From Marsupella aquatica (Eukaryota > Plantae > Marchantiophyta): 64,000 nucleotides of DNA. This document shows positions 1-11,645 of this stretch, piece by piece. Position numbers and translations under genes: made by a program. The notes under the pieces are model-generated. The model did no database searches. It was not told where the DNA came from and was given only the letters and a program-made list of their open reading frames with translations. Within the stretch, counting starts at the first letter, position 1; every line of letters starts with the position of its first letter. Where the stretch lies: NCBI GenBank assembly GCA_973895155.1, contig OZ316899.1:13271934-13335933 (forward strand). Reading direction: 5' to 3'.

Positions 1-1391
1 ATTAGGGTACTCCTTGTGTGGAGATGGCACTCCTTGTGTGGAGACCCAAATTCCATCACAGCCAGGTGACATACAGGGTGTGACCATGGACGTTGGAGTA
101 GAAGTAGAACTCTCAGCTGCTGGGAGACCTATTCGGAAGGTGAAGAGTCGGGCCAGGGCAAGTGGTAGAGTGACAGCGGCAAAGAAGCGTAAAGCTGATG
201 CATAATTGAAAACTCATGCACATCCTGAGTATGTATTGTTCTCACCACAGCAAAATGAGTTGTGTGTAGGGTATGGAAAATTGTGCCCTTAGCAGATTAC
301 ATTCCATTGCAAAGAAGTACCAACAGGGTATTCTGTAGTGTTGTTGACAAAGCTTGTGAAGCCAAAGACCCCTTTACCAGTTCCTAATTTGAATGATGAC
401 CCGCCACAGACAACTATTGCAGATGCTTTGAACTCTTTGGTGTTGTGGCCAACAGATTACATAGGGACACCTGAAATGTGTGGTTTGTAGTTTTTTATAC
501 TTAAAAACAGCTGCATGATTGGTGCCAAATGTTACCAAGATATTTCATAATGCAGAGTCAAATTGAGATTCACTAGATCATCCACTGATCATGTTGTGAC
601 AACTTTGTTTGTATGAAATTATGCATGTGTGTTCAATAGTTAATATGAGTTCTAAGATTTGAATAGAACTATGTTGTCTCTCATGTTTTCATGTAAGACT
701 TGTGTACTTGTATGCTTGAGTGCTTGAATGTATGCTTGTATGCTTGAGTTGATTATTAGTCATGGTTGTAGTGCTATGTGCAGGCTGCAATTGCCTCAGG
801 TTGAGTCAAAATGTTGACCAAAAGGGTCAAAGAATGCAGTCGTGAACTAGACTAATGAGTCATTTTGGGTCATTAAGATATGACCGTGATATATTACATC
901 GTGGTCCCCAATAAGACTAACCAGTCTAGCCCAATCTTAAGATTTTTAAGAATCATTAGTCATCTATAGTCATCATTGGTCACAAATGTGACCATATACT
1001 CTAAACTTTTAAGACCTACTAGTCATAATCAGTCGCTTGTGTTCCAATATTGAACCATAGCACCAATCATATATGCGAAAGGCTACTCTTCCTCACTGAC
1101 TGTGTGTGACTAATTCATACCTCATTTTGAGTCATGAAAATGACTACTTTGCAGTCACTTGTAAGACTACACCTTCTCCTAATCCCAAAATGCCCAAGTA
1201 CGGATTTGGTCATTATTAGTCACAAAATGTGTCTTAAACCCTAGTCACATAGCTGACCACTCGATTTCAGTCACTTTAAATAAGACGCTATGTCAAAATT
1301 ACGACTGGCTTGATACCCCCCAAACTTTAGTCACAAGGAGTCATGGGCAATCGTAAAACTTAGTCATAAAACACCCCGGTTTCTACTAGTG
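1..1391 (+). mobile_element. 3' end of a CACTA (En/Spm) DNA transposon; the 5' part lies outside the window
   Basis: Ends in ...ACCCCGGTTTCTACTAGTG (reverse complement CACTAGTAGAAACCGGGG), the same TIR as the element at 26489. Dense AGTCA/TGACT subterminal motifs at ~730-1370. Relic TNP1-type coding segment at ~230-470. Confidence 0.88.
227..480 (+). pseudogene. Relic C-terminal TNP1/TnpA-like domain of CACTA
   Basis: Manual translation EYVLFSPQQNELCVGYGKLCP*QITFHCKEVPTGYSVVLLTKLVKPKTPLPVPNLNDDPPQTTIADALNSLVLWP aligns with ORF 27390-27935 (VCVGTG...FHGKVVPDDHVVVLLT...DDPPQEIIADAVGSLVLWP). One internal stop. Confidence 0.75.
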
Positions 1392-1499
1392 TTTTATGCC
1401 CTTTGGCTAATGAAGAAAACAAGTAGAAAGGTATGCCTTGTTTCAAATTGAAGTTTTGATTGGTTGTAGTGTTGTTTATGCTTCCTTCTATGTGATTGT

Positions 1500-1925
1500 T
1501 TTATAATTCTCATTATGTTTATTTTAAATGGAGGGATATGTGTGAATTCTTGTACACGTAGGCTTGGAGCCTCGGCTCAGCTTGGGATATTTTGTGCAAG
1601 AGCTTTCCATATTTCCTTAACAATGAGACATCATTTTTTGATGAAGCAAAATATTTTTGAGGATGGAGAAACTCATGTGCGTGTACCTGGAGCCTTGGCT
1701 CGGTATGTGATATTTCACATGTGTACGTGTCATGATTCCTTTAAAATATTTTCACTTCATAGATAAATGGTTGTTACATTATATATTTTCAAAAACTTAG
1801 GATGAAGTAGGGATGTAGGGGAGTATGAGAGATGGGGAAACTTTGTTGCGCAATCTTCGAGTTTCAACTCAGGTTGGGATAATTCAACAGAGTGTCCTAG
1901 TCTTTTATATTCGTCACAACCAAGA
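1500..1925. repeat. Left long inverted arm of the hAT element
   Basis: Imperfect reverse complement of ~19995-20405, aligned by eye. Confidence 0.7.
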
Positions 1926-2149
1926 AATAAAAAAAGGAGAATAACAATCATATATATCTTGGGAAATGTGGTTGTTTAAGTTGCTCGTTATTTTGCTGGC
2001 ATAGTATGAGTTATATGTTGCTTTGACATGGATGAAATATTTACACATGGAATAAATATTTATTTTGCAATGTTAAATTCTTTAAATTCAGGGTGTGTTG
2101 GAGGTGACGGTCTCATTCTTGAGAGTGTAAAGTCCTCTTTCTGTCAACA

Positions 2150-4291
2150 ATGTCTTTTGATGAGGAAGAGTCCGGTGAATCTGGACATCAATCCACTATT
2201 CCTAGGCATGGTCCAAACCAATCTCGGGAGCGGAATGCAAAATTTTCTGCAGTGTGGAAATACTTCGAGCAATGTGAAGCGCCGCCAAGATGTAATGATG
2301 TGAACCAAATGTATCGGAGATGCAAGTTTTGCAAAACATATAATACTTTTCATGCAACACGAGCAAAGGCACATTTGATGGGAAACAACGTGAAAGGGGA
2401 TGCGCCACCATGCCTAGGACTATATGGTCATGTCAACTTGGATGAAATCAACAGAATGTACAATGTCATCAAAGTTCCAACAGCTGTGAAATACAAACGA
2501 AGGGATGGAACCCACATTTTGCGGGATGCAAGAGGTCGCGGGCCAGATATTGGAACTTCAAATTCACAAGCATCCACATGAGTGTCTAACCATCTTCAAA
2601 CGGACGAGAAGTCAAATTTGACTGCTAGGGGTAGGGCAAGAAGTCTTTCCAACCCAATAATGGATGCTTTTCAAATTCCAAATAGAACATATTTGGACAA
2701 GCTTTGGGCAAAAGCGTTCTACACAAGTGGTATTGCGTTCAATGTTTCACAGAATCCTTATTTTTGAGAAGCGGTACATGAGACTTCAAAGGGAATTGTA
2801 AATGGGTATTCTCTTCCCATTATGACAAATTTGCGAATGAAGTTGTTGGAGGAGGCTAAGGAAGATCTCACAAAAGATATGACCAAAACAATGAAGCAAG
2901 CAAAACCTTTTGGATATTCTCTTTCATCCGATGGATGGAAAAACATCCGTAGGGAACCGTTGATGAACGTCATATTGTTGACTTCTAAAGGTGATTTTTT
3001 CTTGGATAGTTGGAATGCGGCACAAGCTGATAGGAAAGATGGAAAATATCTTGGAGAGATGTGGCTGAAATATATTGATGACATTGGTCCGGATCACATC
3101 GTTCAAATTGTAACCAATGGTGCGCCTGCAAATTGCGTAGCAGGTTGTGACATAGTTATGAAGAAATATCCACATGTCACATGGAGTTGGTGTGCTGCCC
3201 ATGTGTTTAACTTGTTGCTGGAAGATATGTGTGGTCACAAGAAAATTGTGGTGGATGAGAGTGGACGGAATCCATTCAAACTCATTTTTAAACGCTTGAG
3301 ATTGATAGTAAAAGCAGTTTCATCGTCACAAAAGCTTTCTGCAATATTTGTGAGGAAATTAGCTTACAAAAAACTATTGAATCCAAATGCAACAAGATTA
3401 GCGACCAATTTTTGGATGGCGCAAAGAGCTTTGGAGCTGAGAGGAGCTTTGCAACAAATGGTCATTGATGATAAATGGGAGTCTTACCGTGATAGACTTC
3501 CAATTCAACCAAAGTCAGCTGGGCATATGACTAGGGGAAAGGCAGATGAACTTAAAGCATGGATCCAACAAGATGCATTTTGGACTCAAGTGAAAGCCAC
3601 AGTGAACTTCTTTCTCCCGTTGGTGAAAATGCTACGCAAATTTGATGGTGATTCACCCCGGTCAGCATGGTTGTATTGGAGTCTGAAAAGGGGGATTATT
3701 GATCTCAAGGCAAGCATGGAGGAATGTTCATTGGTATCTGAGTACTTGAAGCCAAGGATACTAAAAGTTTACATGGATCAAAGAACATCTCTTACTACTG
3801 ATTTTATGCTAGCTGCGGCATATATAAATCCGAGGATATTTTTTGATGATGAACTAGATGTTGCAGGAGATGGAGAATTGTGTAGAGGGTTCAATCAATA
3901 CATTGCCAGATATGCTGAACACAATGTGAAGGAAGGGATCAACCATGATTGTGAGGTGAATGCACTCATTACTGCCATCCAAATGCAAGGAATTGAGGCG
4001 CAAAAGAAGTTGCCAAACACAACGGTAACCATGAGAGGAGCCCAATCAAGTATAGGTGATGTCAGCCTAGGAGAGTGGTGGCATTCATACGGTGCTGATT
4101 ATCCAGATCTAAGAATTATGGCTAGAAAAATCTGTCACCAAAAGATGCGTGCATCAGCGTGTGAACGAAATTGGAGTTCATATGGATTTATACATTCTGC
4201 AAGTCGCAATAGATTGACAAATGATTGAGCAAAGGTTTTGGTGTTTGTATTCACAAACATGAGAGTGGAAAAAGGGCTTACAAAAGTTTGA
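2150..4291 (+). pseudogene. hAT transposase (BED zinc finger, DUF659-type DDE core, C-terminal dimerisation domain) with in-frame stops
   Basis: WKYF...CKFC...RAKAHL BED finger; SDGW, IVTNGA (second catalytic D changed to N), WCAAH, WW..YG..YPDL..MA, SACERNWS. ORFs at 2150, 2582 and 2822 share one frame, separated by TGA stops. An acidic tail continues to ~5030. Confidence 0.92.
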
Positions 4292-5801
4292 AACCCCCAT
4301 ATGTATATATTAACGTTATGAGGAAAGAAGAGCTTTAATTGATGGTGTTAGGCCAGTATCCACGGAGTGCTTTGACAATGAAGGGTATGATGCAACACGT
4401 GCGGAGGTTGGAGAAGAAGACATCATCAATTTTGATACAATTGATGATGCTGATGAAGCACTGCAAGGATTATCATTAGATAAAGAAAATGACTTCTTGA
4501 CGCATATTCCACCGGATACAGACGTAAATGATGTAGGTGAATGGGAGAATGACACGGATTTTGACATGTATCTTACAATTGACGAGTCTCAATTTGAAGA
4601 TGAGGATCATGTATCATTGTATTCAGAGTTTGATATATCTTCCCAGCCAAAGTCAGCTTGGGCTTATCCATCATTGAATGTCCACAATGATGTCGACCCA
4701 AATAGATCATATTTTGTTCAACAACACACTAGCATACAAGGGCATGATTTGGGGGAGGGAAGCAGATCACCAATTTTTCCACAACACAATGATATACAAG
4801 GTCGGTCTACGGACAACACACATGCACCATGGCAACAAGCTGCTACAATCTTCAATGAGTACAGGGGAGCTAGTGAAACAAATCCGTATACATCAAACAA
4901 ACGTATTGGTGATGGATTTCAACAACCTCGCAATCGTGATGCAGTTACATGGGCTGTAGAACAAGAGTGGAATCAAGCTTTGCAGCAAAATCGTAACAAC
5001 AATACTAGGAATTTCCTTTCACAACCTTGAGATATGTTTTTACTACTATATTAGCATGCTTTCTTACTATTGTGAACATTGTTATTGTTATATCATTTTT
5101 TGTTTAATACAAGCTATTTTTGTTTCATACAAAAGGTGTTTTTAAAGTTTCAAATGTCACAAAGGAATGCCAAACACCATTTTGGAGGGGTTAAGAGTCA
5201 TCATATTATTATCACCCAAACCATTATTATTTTTAGTCATAAATTAAATCATTAAAAATAAATGATTCAGCGGCAAAGTAGGGGTTTTCACCCTTCATGA
5301 TCCTACCTATTTTATAATTCTCATTCTGCCCATTCATGGTCGTCTATCGGTCATTACGGACAAGAATGAGACGAACAAGACAGCAAGCCCAATTTCTCAG
5401 GTCCAACAATTTCTGCGAGTTTACTCTGCAGTGCTGCCCAAGATGACTGACCTGTAGACCATAAGGATTGGCAAGGTTGGCTACAATCACTCTCCACATT
5501 GCCAAGATTTGTTCGACCCCTCAGAGGTTGTGGGCACTCACAAAAGCCTTCAAAGAGTCCAACATAGGAGGTCCAACATAGTTTCCAAATTCCACTGATT
5601 GAAAGGCCTATTGCTTTTATTATCCCTCAACTCCTCTGGTGTCAGTCTTCTTTGTTCAATCACCGATGCTGAAATAATCGTTGATGGTAGTCCACCTCTG
5701 ATACTGTTATTGTCGTTGTGCAGAAATTGCGATGATGTAAGTCCATACGTTGTAATCCAAAATTGTTTCCTTGAAATTCCTAAATAGCAAGTTTTCGTCG
5801 G

Positions 5802-6106
5802 AGACCCATGTCAGTCGGCCTTGGATGTCCGTTGTTGTCACTTTGTTCGATCTCCATCAAGTTGTATGTCATATTTTGCCACCCTGATGTCTGTTACACA
5901 AATGGCTCCCGCCTTGTGGTCATATAATACCGAAAGGGGTACAAAAATTAGTGTACTGTACATCCAAGGTTGCATCCTTGGAATGCACCTCACTGTTGGA
6001 GTCATTTGTGCAAGTAGACACCAGCGTCACAACATTTGACCTACACGTTGATGGAGATCAAAGCAAGTGACAACAACGAACATCCATGGTCGACAAACAT
6101 GGATCT
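5802..6106. repeat. Imperfect inverted repeat (fold-back), ~107-bp arms and ~90-bp loop
   Basis: 5802-5908 is an imperfect reverse complement of 5999-6106 (TTGATGGAGATC...AAGTGACAACAACG.ACATCCA). Confidence 0.8.
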
Positions 6107-6716
6107 TGGATTTCTCTACTCCCAATTTTGCCGGTTTACTTTGTTGGCCAAGGGCAATGATAACATACCATGATTATTCACCTTTTCATGTCCCTCTATT
6201 TAAAGACAACCTTTACATATTGCCTAATGAAGTTTGTGGCTACGTGTGCAAATGGTTATATTGCACAAAATGTTGAATGTACTGCAATGCTATTTCTTGA
6301 AGTGGAACCCAAAATTGTCACTTAGTGTGACTTCAAGATACACAAACATATCACAGAAGCTCAACCAAAACTAAATATGATGTCAAGTCTCCAAACTTTT
6401 TTTGAACAATTAAAAGTTGAAAACCATTGTCAAAGACTATTTGCAAGTGCTAGCATAGGAAAAGTCTCTAAGGATCAAGTACATCAAAATCTAGAGACTA
6501 TTGGATTCAATTCCTTTTGCCGTTGAAGTCTACTGCTTCTGCTTTCACTTCCGCCCGTTGTTGACGTCGTCGATGGCAACAAATAGATCGTTGCATATTT
6601 TGCTCATCTATTGATGGCTGATTGGCTGCAGCACATTCCTTCCATTCATTGAATCGACCACTTAGGAGCAACCTCTCAAATTTGCCATTTGACAAATTAT
6701 ACTCATTGATTGTAAA

Positions 6717-7139
6717 CTATTCAATGGGAGTGAAATCTATTTGCGGCATTGCTAGACCCTCTTCTGTCATTTCCTCAATGGCTTGTTGACTCTCCATTGG
6801 TGGCATTTGGTTCAACAATCCTCGTTGCTCGTATTTGCGTTCATGAAATGGTGTGCGACACCAACATTTTTTGCTCTTCTTTAGCCATCTAAACAAGCAA
6901 GCATGATGCCATATATGACCACAAGTTCCAAACATGGAGACAGATTCAAGACCCCATGGATATAGGCACCAAGTACACTTGTCATCTTTTTCACGAACAA
7001 ATGCTGCCATATTATCATCATTTTTCCACTTATCAAAATATTTTTGAATGCCTTTAGCACTAGCCTCCACATCCGGAAAAAGGTTGTTGGATCCTGTAGG
7101 ATCAATGATCTGCATGTGAACAAAATCTTTTGACCCATC
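6717..7139 (-). pseudogene. 3' half of a coiled-coil/RING-H2 (E3 ligase-like) cargo gene, split by the retroelement
   Basis: CTWC...CGHIWHHAC...CWC RING-H2-like pattern. Removing 7140-16688 and one CATC copy joins it in frame to 16689+ (…ECESKK-DG-SKDFVH…). Confidence 0.8.
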
Positions 7140-7469
7140 TGTCACACCATTCTGAGTAGTATAGTAATATATCGTGCTATTAGAGTATGTACATTTGGTA
7201 TGAGTGCTATTGGAGCCGATAAGGTTCCGTTAGGTTTGTGTGAGAGGGTACTTCTCACTTGTGAGGCATTGAAAGGTCATCTTTCAATGTTGAGCCTTGG
7301 AGAGAGAGGAGCTTGAGTGTGGCTATGGTGGCTGTGAGCTCCGCTTGTGTAACGTGGATTCCTTGAGTAGTGCAAGGTGCGTTGGCTTGACATACGTGTG
7401 TGATCGGATCGGTGCGGGATCGATGGGGTATTGTTGACCGGGATCGTTGTGCCGATTGTATTGAGATTA
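7140..7469 (+). repeat. Split direct repeat A1 (330 bp)
   Basis: Near-identical to 16222-16551 (about 4 mismatches by eye). Confidence 0.95.
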
Positions 7470-7480
7470 CATTGAAAGAT
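7469..7480 (+). promoter_or_regulatory. Putative self-priming primer-binding site (Tf1-like)
   Basis: ACATTGAAAGAT directly after A1 is the exact reverse complement of ATCTTTCAATGT at 7279-7290 inside A1. No TGG-type tRNA PBS is present. Both 12-mers are conserved in the diverged copy (45096-45107 and 45281-45292). Confidence 0.65.
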
Positions 7481-7740
7481 CACATTCGAAATCTGTTGTA
7501 CGGACTGTGCGGACAGAAGTTCGATTGATTGAGTTGTCGACGGTTTGTGGTAGCTTGGATCGTGTGTTGTTATCGAACAGATCGTTGGTATCTTGACCTG
7601 TATCGTTGTTGTCCGATCGGTCTGCTTCCCGATCGATGTACAGATCTGTGATTGGTGACAGGTTTTGAGTTGGAGGTCGATTGATGATTCGTGGAGGAAA
7701 GCGAATGTTGAGTAGATGTTGGACAGTGGAAGTCGATCCG

Positions 7741-7830
7741 TGAGGCTTCAGATCCGATTGCCGGCTACTATGAGGCTTCAGATCTGATTGTCGGCTACTG
7801 TGGGGCTTCAGATCTGATTGTCGGCTATTG
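7741..7830 (+). repeat. 3 x 30-bp tandem repeat in the retroelement leader
   Basis: TG(A/G)GGCTTCAGATC(C/T)GATTG(C/T)CGGCTA(C/T)T(A/G) repeated three times. Further GGTCACCCATCCCGGGGCTATTCC duplications at ~8145-8235. Confidence 0.85.
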
Positions 7831-8794
7831 TTGGACGATGTTGGCAAGGTGCAGGTGAAGCGATGGCTCTTTTCCTGAAGGAACGGAGCTGCCAATGCCC
7901 CATGCGACGGTATCATCGTTTCAGTGAAAGAAACGAGGGTCAAAGGTGTTGAATCAAGCTGCTGCCAATTCTATGGAAGGGCTGCGTTTTTCATGAAGGA
8001 AATTGACAGTTTTGGGGAGCTTTTCGTGAAGGAAGTAGTCGTTTTGGGGGTCAGGTGTGAGGCGCATGAGGTCATCCATCCCAAAAGTGCTCCCAACCGC
8101 GAGCGCGAAGTCACCCATCGCGAGCGCAGGTAGGCGCGAGGTCGAGGTCACCCATCCCGGGGCTATTCCGGGCCGTGAGCGCGAGGGGAGGCACGAGGTC
8201 GAGCGCGAGGAGGTCACCCATCCCGGGGCTATTCCTAGCCGCGAGCGCTTAACTGACAAGTTCTCATCCCACCTTGTGTACACACAAGCTTTGACAACTT
8301 GTTGTTTAGATTCAAGCGCCAGGGGGCTTTATACACTTCCCGGTTTGTTTAGAGGCCTATTCTAGGCCAAATCAGAGGTTGTTTCAGGGTTTTTGATACT
8401 TCTGAGTCCATCTAGACTCACAGATTGAATCAATTTTGCCTTGGTTCTCATCTACAACATTGGAGTGCCATTGTGAAGCCTATTATGAAGGCTCTTCCTT
8501 GAACCTTATGCACATTGTCATATTGATTTGCATTTACTTTTGTGTGGAGAGTTGAATGGTATCCATTCTTGTTTCTGGATCCTCTTCACACATGTTTCCT
8601 GTTTATGTGCCATGTTAGTTTGGTGTGGGCGTTTGATTCCATAGGAGTGATCCGGGTTTGCAACCGAACATTCTAGTGTGCTGTGTATTTCTCTCCTGGT
8701 GATGTTGGAGTGATGTCCAACACACCATGGTGAGTGCTTGTGGTGCTGATAGGGACAGATTGCCCTTAGGGTTAGCACATAGATTAGGTTAGGG

Positions 8795-10156
8795 TTGATC
8801 ACCACGGATTCTTCTGGTGCTGTTGGGTTACCCGATGGACGACGGACCGGTTTCACTCGGAGTGGGGCGCAATTTTGGCCAGCGGCATTGGTAGCAGTCA
8901 GCAATGCAGCTTCAGACAGTGATTCTGATGAGGACTCAGTGACCAGTTCTCCTCATCATCAGGTGGTTGCACCTTTGTTGTGGGATATGGACGAGATGTA
9001 CGGGGCTACAAAGGGCCCACGACGATACTCTGGTGCAGTTGGCACGATTGATCTGGATGACTTCATCCAGGAGTTTGATACGTGGTGCGATATGCAGACA
9101 TTGCGTAACGCCACGTTGTTTACCCCTTTCATGGCATGGAAGGGATTATTTCAGCATTTGGAGGGGTCACCCATGGATGACTACCATGAGTTTTGGAAGG
9201 CTCATTTGGTTGAGATTGAGGCATGGAGGCAGCATTGGTCACCTAATTACGTGTCCATCACCTATGGCACTAGTGCGGCTACCCAACCCATTGCCACAGC
9301 TGTTGCCTCTTCTAGCAGCACTAGCCAGAGTGGCACACCATCCACCAGCAGCACTCCAGCAGCATCCACCGCTACTCCTGCCGGTGTGATTGTGACAGGA
9401 ACTGGAGTTGCGCCAGCATTTAATCCTGTGGTGGAATTCTTTGAGGTACTGAAGCAGAACTATCAGGGTGTAAGAACTGATAAGTTGAAGGGTCTTCAGG
9501 AGTTCCAGCACAAGACTGGAGAGAGTCTACGTGAGGCATACACTCGTATGCGCAGATTGATCACTGTCACCAAGGGAGTGACAGAGGCTCAAGCAGTCCA
9601 GTTTTGGTATGCAATTCTGGACAAAGAATTGCGACGCAGAGTGAGAGATGTCACTCTGCTTAGGGATGCAGATCCCACATTAGCAGTTGTTTTCACCCTT
9701 TCTGAGCGTATTGAGCTCAATATGGTGAATGAGAAGGTGGTGACTTCCGGATTTGCCAAGGAAGCACCAAAGGCTGCATCTACATCTACACCACAGCCTA
9801 CTACACGGAAGAGCCAGAGGGAGAAGCCTACTGCACGAGAGTCTACCAGCCAGAGACCTGTGCCCTCTTATGTTGGACAACAGTCAAGATGTTGGACCTG
9901 TGGTGGGGATCATGCACAAAGATATTGCCCAGATCATAGAGGATCAGGGGGAGCATCAGCACCTGATCAGCAACAGTGTGATCATTATGGAGCTCCTGGA
10001 CACACCAAGGATAGGTGTTTCTCACTCCACCCTGATTACGGAGGGGAGGATACCGTACACATGATCAGGGAAGAGGAGAAGGAGGTAGAGGTGGTGGACG
10101 TGGTCGTGGCATGCCACATGCAGGGAGACAGGGAGGTGACGCTGCCCCTGCTGTAA
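8795..10156 (+). pseudogene. Gag of the DNMT-retroelement (capsid-like region plus zinc knuckles); frameshift near 10035
   Basis: FQHKTGESLREAYTRMRRL retrotransposon-gag motif; CWTCGGDHAQRYC and degenerate CDHYGAPGHTKDRC knuckles; RGG-rich segment in the shifted frame. Confidence 0.85.
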
Positions 10157-10224
10157 CCATAGATCCTAAGGATGCTAAGATTGCTCAATTGGAGCAATAG
10201 CTAGCTGCCATGGCTAGTTCCTAG

Positions 10225-11358
10225 GTGAGACCTACTTCTGGTGATGGGGCATCTACATCCTATGGACCTTCCACATCCCATGGTCCTTCCACATCTTATG
10301 GAGCTGATGGAGATCTTGCCACCATGGGATTCATGTGTGGCACTGCACATATTGATGCATCAGCAGCTTTGACACATGGGGCAGCCAAAGCTCTTGAGCC
10401 CCGAGGAGCAGTAGTGGAGTTAGATCCACAGAGGGGGGATGCATGTCGGCAGACAAAGCTTCCTCAGTCTTTTATATTGTCAGAGACAGTTCAGACTGTC
10501 TCTATGAACCCGGTTCGGACAAACCCTGGCGTGGGTAAGTTGGCAAAATCCGGTAGTGATACAATAGGGATGACAGGTACCCTGCTGGGGGTGGCTACTG
10601 CCATAGTACGCACCCCATTATTTTCTGCGTCAGACATGCTGAACTTGGGAGTTGGTCCTACAGAAGTGTTCAGATTGGCAACTACACTCTGTGAGGACAC
10701 TCCAGTTGTTGCTTCCCATGCAGAAGCAGCTTGCAGTGTTGAAGCAGTGAAGACCATACCACCTACTGCTACTAGTGAGACATGGCATGCAACAGCAGCG
10801 AGGTTGGTGGATTTACCAGCATGCCCTGCATTTGAGAGGACTAGGTTTAAACCTAGTGTTGTGTCATTGGATAATCGGAGTGGTATCTTCCGATTAGTTG
10901 GGCCTTCTGGAGCAGTATACCAGCGAGAGAGAGTGTTACTGGATACTGGTGCTCAGCCCTTGATGTTGGGGAAGTCTGCCATACGTGGATTGGGATTGCG
11001 TCCAGAGGATTTGGAGGATTGGCCCTTTCCCATTCAGACTTCATTGGGGGGACTTACACCTACACAGCATATCATCAGGAGACCACTTGATTTGAGGATT
11101 CAGGAAGGTCATACCATAGATAGCTCACAGATACAGGCGCGAGATATTTTGACTAAGGCAGAGTCATATGATGTGTTGGTGGGATGTACAGTGCTCTACC
11201 CCATGGGATTTATTCTTGATTTTTGGGAGGAATCAGTATCATATAGACCTGATTGGCAGTCAAGAGATGCTCGATTGAGCAAATTGCCAGTGAGATTTAG
11301 TGGACCTGTGGAGGCCCTAAATCCACACCATTGTCTTTGGCAGCATTCAGTGGTGTAA
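10225..11358 (+). pseudogene. Aspartic protease region of the polyprotein
   Basis: VLLDTGAQ catalytic motif and downstream YDVLVG. Confidence 0.85.
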
Positions 11359-11645
11359 TTGCTGGACCTGATGATTTGATTGAGGGTAATGCGCATGCAA
11401 CCAGTGTTCCACCATTGGAGGAGTCTCATGAGGAGCACATCATGCGAGGATTACCTGTTGGCAGTGTTGTGCCACCAATGTGGGGCACTGCACAAGCCTT
11501 GCCACAGGCAGCAGCACGATTGGTACATGATGCATGGCGTCATGCTTTTACACCACAGTCAGGAGCAGAGCAGTCTCTTGCAGATGGACCTGTGACTCTT
11601 TCACCATTGGATACCACTCCTATTGCTTGGCAATATCCACCGGAG

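Noticed and set aside
5400-5790. Additional minus-strand cargo gene in the hAT element
   Set aside because: Manual translation gives competing broken frames with no recognisable motif, so it cannot be supported.
7136-7140. 5-bp TSD CATCT with the element starting at G
   Set aside because: Formally equivalent, but the TGTC/GACA symmetry and the internal GACA-GC-TGTC junction favour a TG start and a 4-bp TSD.
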